Below, one piece after another: positions 50,101 through 64,000 of a DNA stretch of 64,000 nt (position 1 is its first letter; every line of letters begins with the position of its first letter). This stretch comes from Phoronis australis (taxonomy: Eukaryota; Animalia; Phoronida), in the NCBI GenBank assembly GCA_002633005.1, contig NMRA01000025.1, positions 604,340-668,339 of the forward strand, written 5' to 3'. Made by a program: the position numbers and the translations under genes. The notes beneath the pieces are model-generated. The model searched no databases, had not been told where the DNA came from, and saw only the letters and a list, made by a program, of their open reading frames with translations.

Positions 50101-53100
50101 AAGACGTGACCGTCGTTTGGCGATTAACAAGGTTGTCATTTTCACTTTGGCTGTCTTAATACGATAAAAGGAGAAGCATACCTCAGTCTAAGTCACGATT
50201 GTCTGCCGGCGGGGACCGCTTGCGCGCTAATGGTGCCGCAGTGCGATATCAGGGATATTGTCGTGGATATTTTGTACATGTAATAAGGACATCTTATGTG
50301 AAAAATAAGCATTTCTGTCCACCACAAAGTTTGGTAAGTTGATCGCTTAAGAATTAATAGAAACACCGTTGTTTTGTGAAGTTTTATCACGTGTAAGCAT
50401 TGGCCCGAAACTTTCTTCGGCTAATCCGGGAATTTACAAAAGTGGCCGAAAGTGTTAGCCAATGAAACGCATCAAAGATCGATTCTGCATATCCCATGTT
50501 CACGTGACTTGCTTACAAGTCATCGGGAGGCCTGTTCTCGGCACAGGCGCCTGTGGTTCTCGGTTAGTGTTCTTTTGAACTTGTATTTGGCAACAACCAA
50601 ATAACGGTCGGATTAACAAGAGCTGCTTTGTATTTGCCAGGTATCTGTTGAGAAGTGTAAAAACTCAGCTCGCATTCGTTGGAAATTCCAGGTCGCATTT
50701 TGCGACTTTATACGAGCTGACAAAAATCTCAGCTCGCATTTCCAAATTTCAGGTCGCAAATGCGACCTGCAGCTCGTTATGTCGAGCCCTGCTGATGATG
50801 ATGGCTATCACACAGTGTATTATTGATTACTGTGTTTGAGTAATAATGGACAACACAGATTTTTCACTAATAAAAGCCTAACATCGAAAATACGAACTTG
50901 AATTTGCACTTGACCTCAGAGGGCATGTTCTAACCAACCACATAAGTATGTAAAATGGGTTTTTGAAACCACCTATAAATACAAACTAACGTAGTCTGCT
51001 GCCTGTAAAAAATCGAACGATGCCAACGTCTCAACGTGTTGCGAAATCAATGTGCGCAAGAAAAAACGCACTACACAACTTGCATTATAAATCTGAAGTT
51101 CTCGTTAACCTTTTTAAGACACTGCCACTCTTCGTAACAATTCTTTCACAAGTTCAGTTGTAGACAGGTTGGAATATTCATCCTCTTACACTTTGCTATT
51201 TTAAAGACAGCACATATTTAGCCAAGAGTAATCCTTAATTTTGCGAACGGTACACAGGTCCGTTATAAAATGATGGTAAATGTTCATGAAATTGTGGGTG
51301 CGCCCTATTCCAACACCTTGTTTAGGTGGATGCAGTGGAATGTCCGGTGAACAAAGTGACCATACGTGTACCTTACGATAACATGGAGAAGAGGCAAAAG
51401 ACGGGTGTTGGTGTAAAAATCCACGAAGCATCACCGGTCATGTCACTCTGAGCAAATATTTTTAGAACAATTATGATAATATAGAGTATAAAAATTTAAC
51501 TAACGAGGTGATTGGGCATGGATTTTTATTTCGTCATGGTTTATCAGAATATGTACTATTCTCCGAGCCCGATTCTTCATCAGGTTTGACGAATTGAAAA
51601 ATTGACGAATTGTTGATGGCCAGAAAAAAAAACGTGGCCCACGTGGTTCAGCAACAATGGGTGTTTGGAGGATACTATCCCGTACAGAATGTTGGATTTC
51701 AGCAGTTTGTGCCGAACAAGAACGCCAATACACTTCTCTCCATCTTACAACAGTTCATCTTGCCCTGCTCCGTCATCCACAGCAACATGTGGGCTGCCTA
51801 CAACGGTATCGCCAAGCCCCTCGTTGTGCTGCCGTACACCCAGCAGACGGTCAACAATACCATGAACTTTGTTGATCCACAGACTGGCGCACACACCAAC
51901 CATGTCAAGTGTTACTGGAAGAACGCGAAGATAAGGTTCAAGAGCATGTGTGGTGTCCTTCCCGACATGTTGGATGTGCATCTTGACGAGTTTATGTGGC
52001 GGGAACGTTATGCGGGCAACAGCGGTCGACAGGCGTTTTTATGATAGTCAACCACATAGCACTGAGGTACCCCACTCCTTGAGTACCAAAAAACCAACGG
52101 CCCTTTGAAGGACCACTCACTCGAATCTCGCTGCTTGAGTGGCAAAAACCCAGCAGCCCTTTTAAGGGCCACTCACTACTTCCAAATTGGGCTTTTTCAC
52201 TTGAAGTTTTCTACAACAGTACAAGGTGTGCCTGAACATGACTTATACTTAGCAAAATTAACTTTTCTGTATAATTACTATTTTACAATAAAAATGTATA
52301 CCTACACTGTAATTGGTACAATGCTAACACAAGAATTCATAATTAAGTTATAATCGCAAACGAAATTCATTTTGCTTTCAGGCACCACGCAGCAAAGGTC
52401 TGACTGCACCAACACGATTTCTAACTTCACGCGCTTGAATGAAACGTGACAAACGACACAAGCCTCACTTGGTTGCCGAAACACTTTGAATCACGCAATT
52501 ATAAATCAGTTTAATATCGTTGCACGAAGCGACGAGATTAATGCAGATTTTCCTTCCGTGCCTCTTGACACTGTAAATGAATACACACAATCGCCAGTAG
52601 ATGTCAGGCATTCTTATGATGTCACTGTAAGAGTAACTGACTAGTGACAAAGTCAGCAAAAGAACTCTAACTTCGAAGTCAATTAATTGAAAATTGGATG
52701 AAGGTATGACAAAATTAATAGCACATATCAATTTCTATATGCCTTGTGAACACGTGGATACTCAAATCATGATTCTAGGTTGAAAATTAAAGAAGTTATG
52801 GTGATTTAAAGTGGGACCGCTACGTCCAACTATTGCCGTATAGCACCTAGAGGAACCTTACTAGTCACTGCTGGTCTCATATACTCGTAGAAGAGAGACA
52901 ACCGGTTTCATCCACTGAATAACGGCCACGTTACTTAGTCTTAGTGAATGAAACTGGATCTTTAATTTAAATGAGGGACCGCTATATCCGACCAGTGCCG
53001 TTTTTCCTGGTTCTTTAAATCAGTGAACGCTATATACGACCAGTACCACGCGACTGTGAGAGTAAGGAGTGGAGCCAGTGCTAATAACAGTACCACGGTC

Positions 53101-53352
53101 AAAACTGGACAAGTAACTCGTCACCACTACCGTGGCAGTGCCAGTGCCCCAGTGGCAGTGGCAGTGAATGGACCGTTGTTATCAGGGTATGTCACTTCAT
53201 AACACCATAAGTGACCGGAAGGTGAAGAGCGATTTGTAAATAAAGCATTCTACGTTTAATGTTTTTAAGGCTCATATACCTTTACTCCAATCAAGTCCAT
53301 TAGGATTTATGGAATACTTGACTTTTCTTTTGGGTTCTGCCAACATAGCCAT
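43141..53352 (-). CDS. PINX1: PIN2/TERF1-interacting telomerase inhibitor 1 (G-patch protein), 6 exons, ~546 aa
   Basis: Exons 53280-53352, 47641-47763, 46632-46815, 45406-45523, 44451-44588, 43141-44145, all GT-AG and in frame (1641 nt). Motifs: MAMLAEPKRK, G-patch SKFGQKLMEKMGWQQGKGLG, DNWIAHQDDFNSLLANLN, HYHKFARGKDLS, IQEYFALKM. Confidence 0.95.
44451..44588 (-). CDS. PINX1: PINX1 exon 5
   Basis: SIQEYFALKMAQLK. Confidence 0.92.
45406..45523 (-). CDS. PINX1: PINX1 exon 4
   Basis: YHKFARGKDLS...IFGKR. Confidence 0.93.
45817..46145. repeat. minisatellite, 65-66-bp unit x 5
   Basis: caaaatgtgtcatactgttgaacaatgtcagggtttttgcccagggc... Confidence 0.93.
46632..46815 (-). CDS. PINX1: PINX1 exon 3
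   Basis: DNWIAHQDDFN motif. Confidence 0.95.
47229..47541. repeat. minisatellite, 26-bp unit x ~12
   Basis: cagccatcatagtacaacacttggta. Confidence 0.93.
47641..47763 (-). CDS. PINX1: PINX1 exon 2, G-patch
   Basis: G-patch consensus. Confidence 0.96.
48172..48232 (-). mobile_element. tRNA-like SINE head
   Basis: tggctagtgg ... ggttcgaatc on the minus strand; no complete cloverleaf. Confidence 0.5.
48722..50791. mobile_element. hAT-like element nested in Merlin, 5-bp TSD
   Basis: TIR cagggctcgac/gtcgagccctg; CTGAT on both sides; subterminal ggtcgcattttgcgac repeats; contains a gap. Confidence 0.8.
51598..52082 (+). pseudogene. Merlin/ISXO2-like DDE transposase remnant
   Basis: IDE..WVFGG..IHSN(M)W.AY..VN..NFVDP.TGAHTNHVK.YW..LDEFMWR; second D and E appear substituted; frameshift near 52040 (then MIVNHIALRYP); N-terminus missing. 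Confidence 0.85.
53280..53352 (-). CDS. PINX1: PINX1 exon 1 (MAMLAEPKRKVKYSINPNGLDWSK)
   Basis: matches PINX1 N-terminus; gtata donor. Confidence 0.92.
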
Positions 53353-53653
53353 GCTGCCTTCACAAAACTGCTGCTAGACGGCGCAGCGTGTTTACTTCCG
53401 TTTTCCGGCAATTTCGAAAGACCAATCACGAGCCAGTACCGTTCAACAAATCTGACCAATAAGAACGGACAAGCCATTTAAATGTCCACAAACTGCTAAT
53501 TTTGAATGTAGTGCAAGATTAGACTCTGGACGGGTGTTGGGCTGTGACAGACTTTTCAATTTTTAGACAAAATATCCGATAATTTGTATCGTTTTTGTCA
53601 GTTGCATTTTGGTAATTTCGATTGAATAAGTTGTGTTTGACAATCTTGTTAAA
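53353..53653. promoter_or_regulatory. bidirectional promoter PINX1/PLK1 with CCAAT boxes, CHR and ETS-like sites
   Basis: 301 bp between divergent ATGs; CCAAT at 53422 and 53456; TTTGAA at 53501-53506; TTCGAA at 53413-53418; ACTTCCG at 53394-53400. Confidence 0.8.
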
Positions 53654-63554
<9,901 letters not shown>

Positions 63555-64000
63555 GTGAGTAGCTTGCACCTTATGAAGTGTCAGTCACTAGGTTCATGAG
63601 TGATGGAAACGTTGTCAGTTTCATTAGTTCAAATGTTAACATTTTAGCCAGAAAGACAAACTGTCTGCGAAGGGGTTATTTTTGCCAGAAGTTGATTTAT
63701 TTCCTCACCACCAAGTCCATTTACGTGAAAATTGATGTCAAAATGCACTCACTCTCTGCCACAAACAAAAATCTCTTACCCCTGCACACATGTGTCCTTT
63801 CAAGGCTTTAAAAGTTCTATAAAAAATCCCAACAGTTTTGGGATTACTCAAAGTGCCAGTAAAGCTTCAGTGAATGTAACATTTGTAACTGTTTACATGA
63901 TTGTCTTGCTACTAGTGTTGGTCGTGAACGAGGTGTATGAGTGTTTATTTTCAGCTTGTTTATTTAGTCTGGAAAGATGATAATTTTCTCATAACTAACT

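Larger units (their letters stand above)
48319..52837 (+). mobile_element. decayed Merlin (IS1016/IS1595-like) DNA transposon in PINX1 intron 1
   Basis: ~170-bp TIRs starting GGCA; 9-bp TSD gtatagcgc/gtatagcac; internal transposase remnant. Confidence 0.88.

Noticed and set aside
51610-52044. Bacterial IS1595 contamination or recent horizontal transfer
   Set aside because: Embedded in an intron with Merlin-type TIRs and TSD; Merlin is an established animal superfamily.

Overview
Intron-rich animal genomic DNA, probably from an invertebrate (repeat families resemble those of lophotrochozoans; this is inference). It has three assembly gaps (14184-14915, 34072-34854, 49133-49812). Three protein-coding genes were reconstructed by hand with frame-consistent GT-AG exons. 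(1) Synaptojanin, + strand, 22 exons at 6117-39573; the first coding exon lies upstream of the window; Sac1, 5-phosphatase, RRM-like and Pro-rich tail regions are present. (2) PINX1, - strand, 6 exons at 43141-53352, about 546 aa, complete. (3) PLK1/polo, + strand, 9 exons from 53654, running off the window end. PINX1 and PLK1 are head-to-head with 301 bp between ATGs, and the gap carries two CCAAT boxes and a CHR element. Introns hold many mobile elements: a Helentron-type non-autonomous family whose tandem monomers carry CTCF-like motifs, a decayed Merlin transposon with a nested hAT-like element showing a 5-bp TSD, TA-, AT- and TCA-flanked TIR elements, tRNA-derived SINEs, a LINE 3' fragment, a probable solo LTR, a foldback palindrome and many minisatellites. 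No prokaryotic-type system (CRISPR etc.) is supported. The best leads are the PINX1/PLK1 bidirectional pair, the CTCF-motif-array transposon and a hidden synaptojanin exon with a CRIB-like motif.
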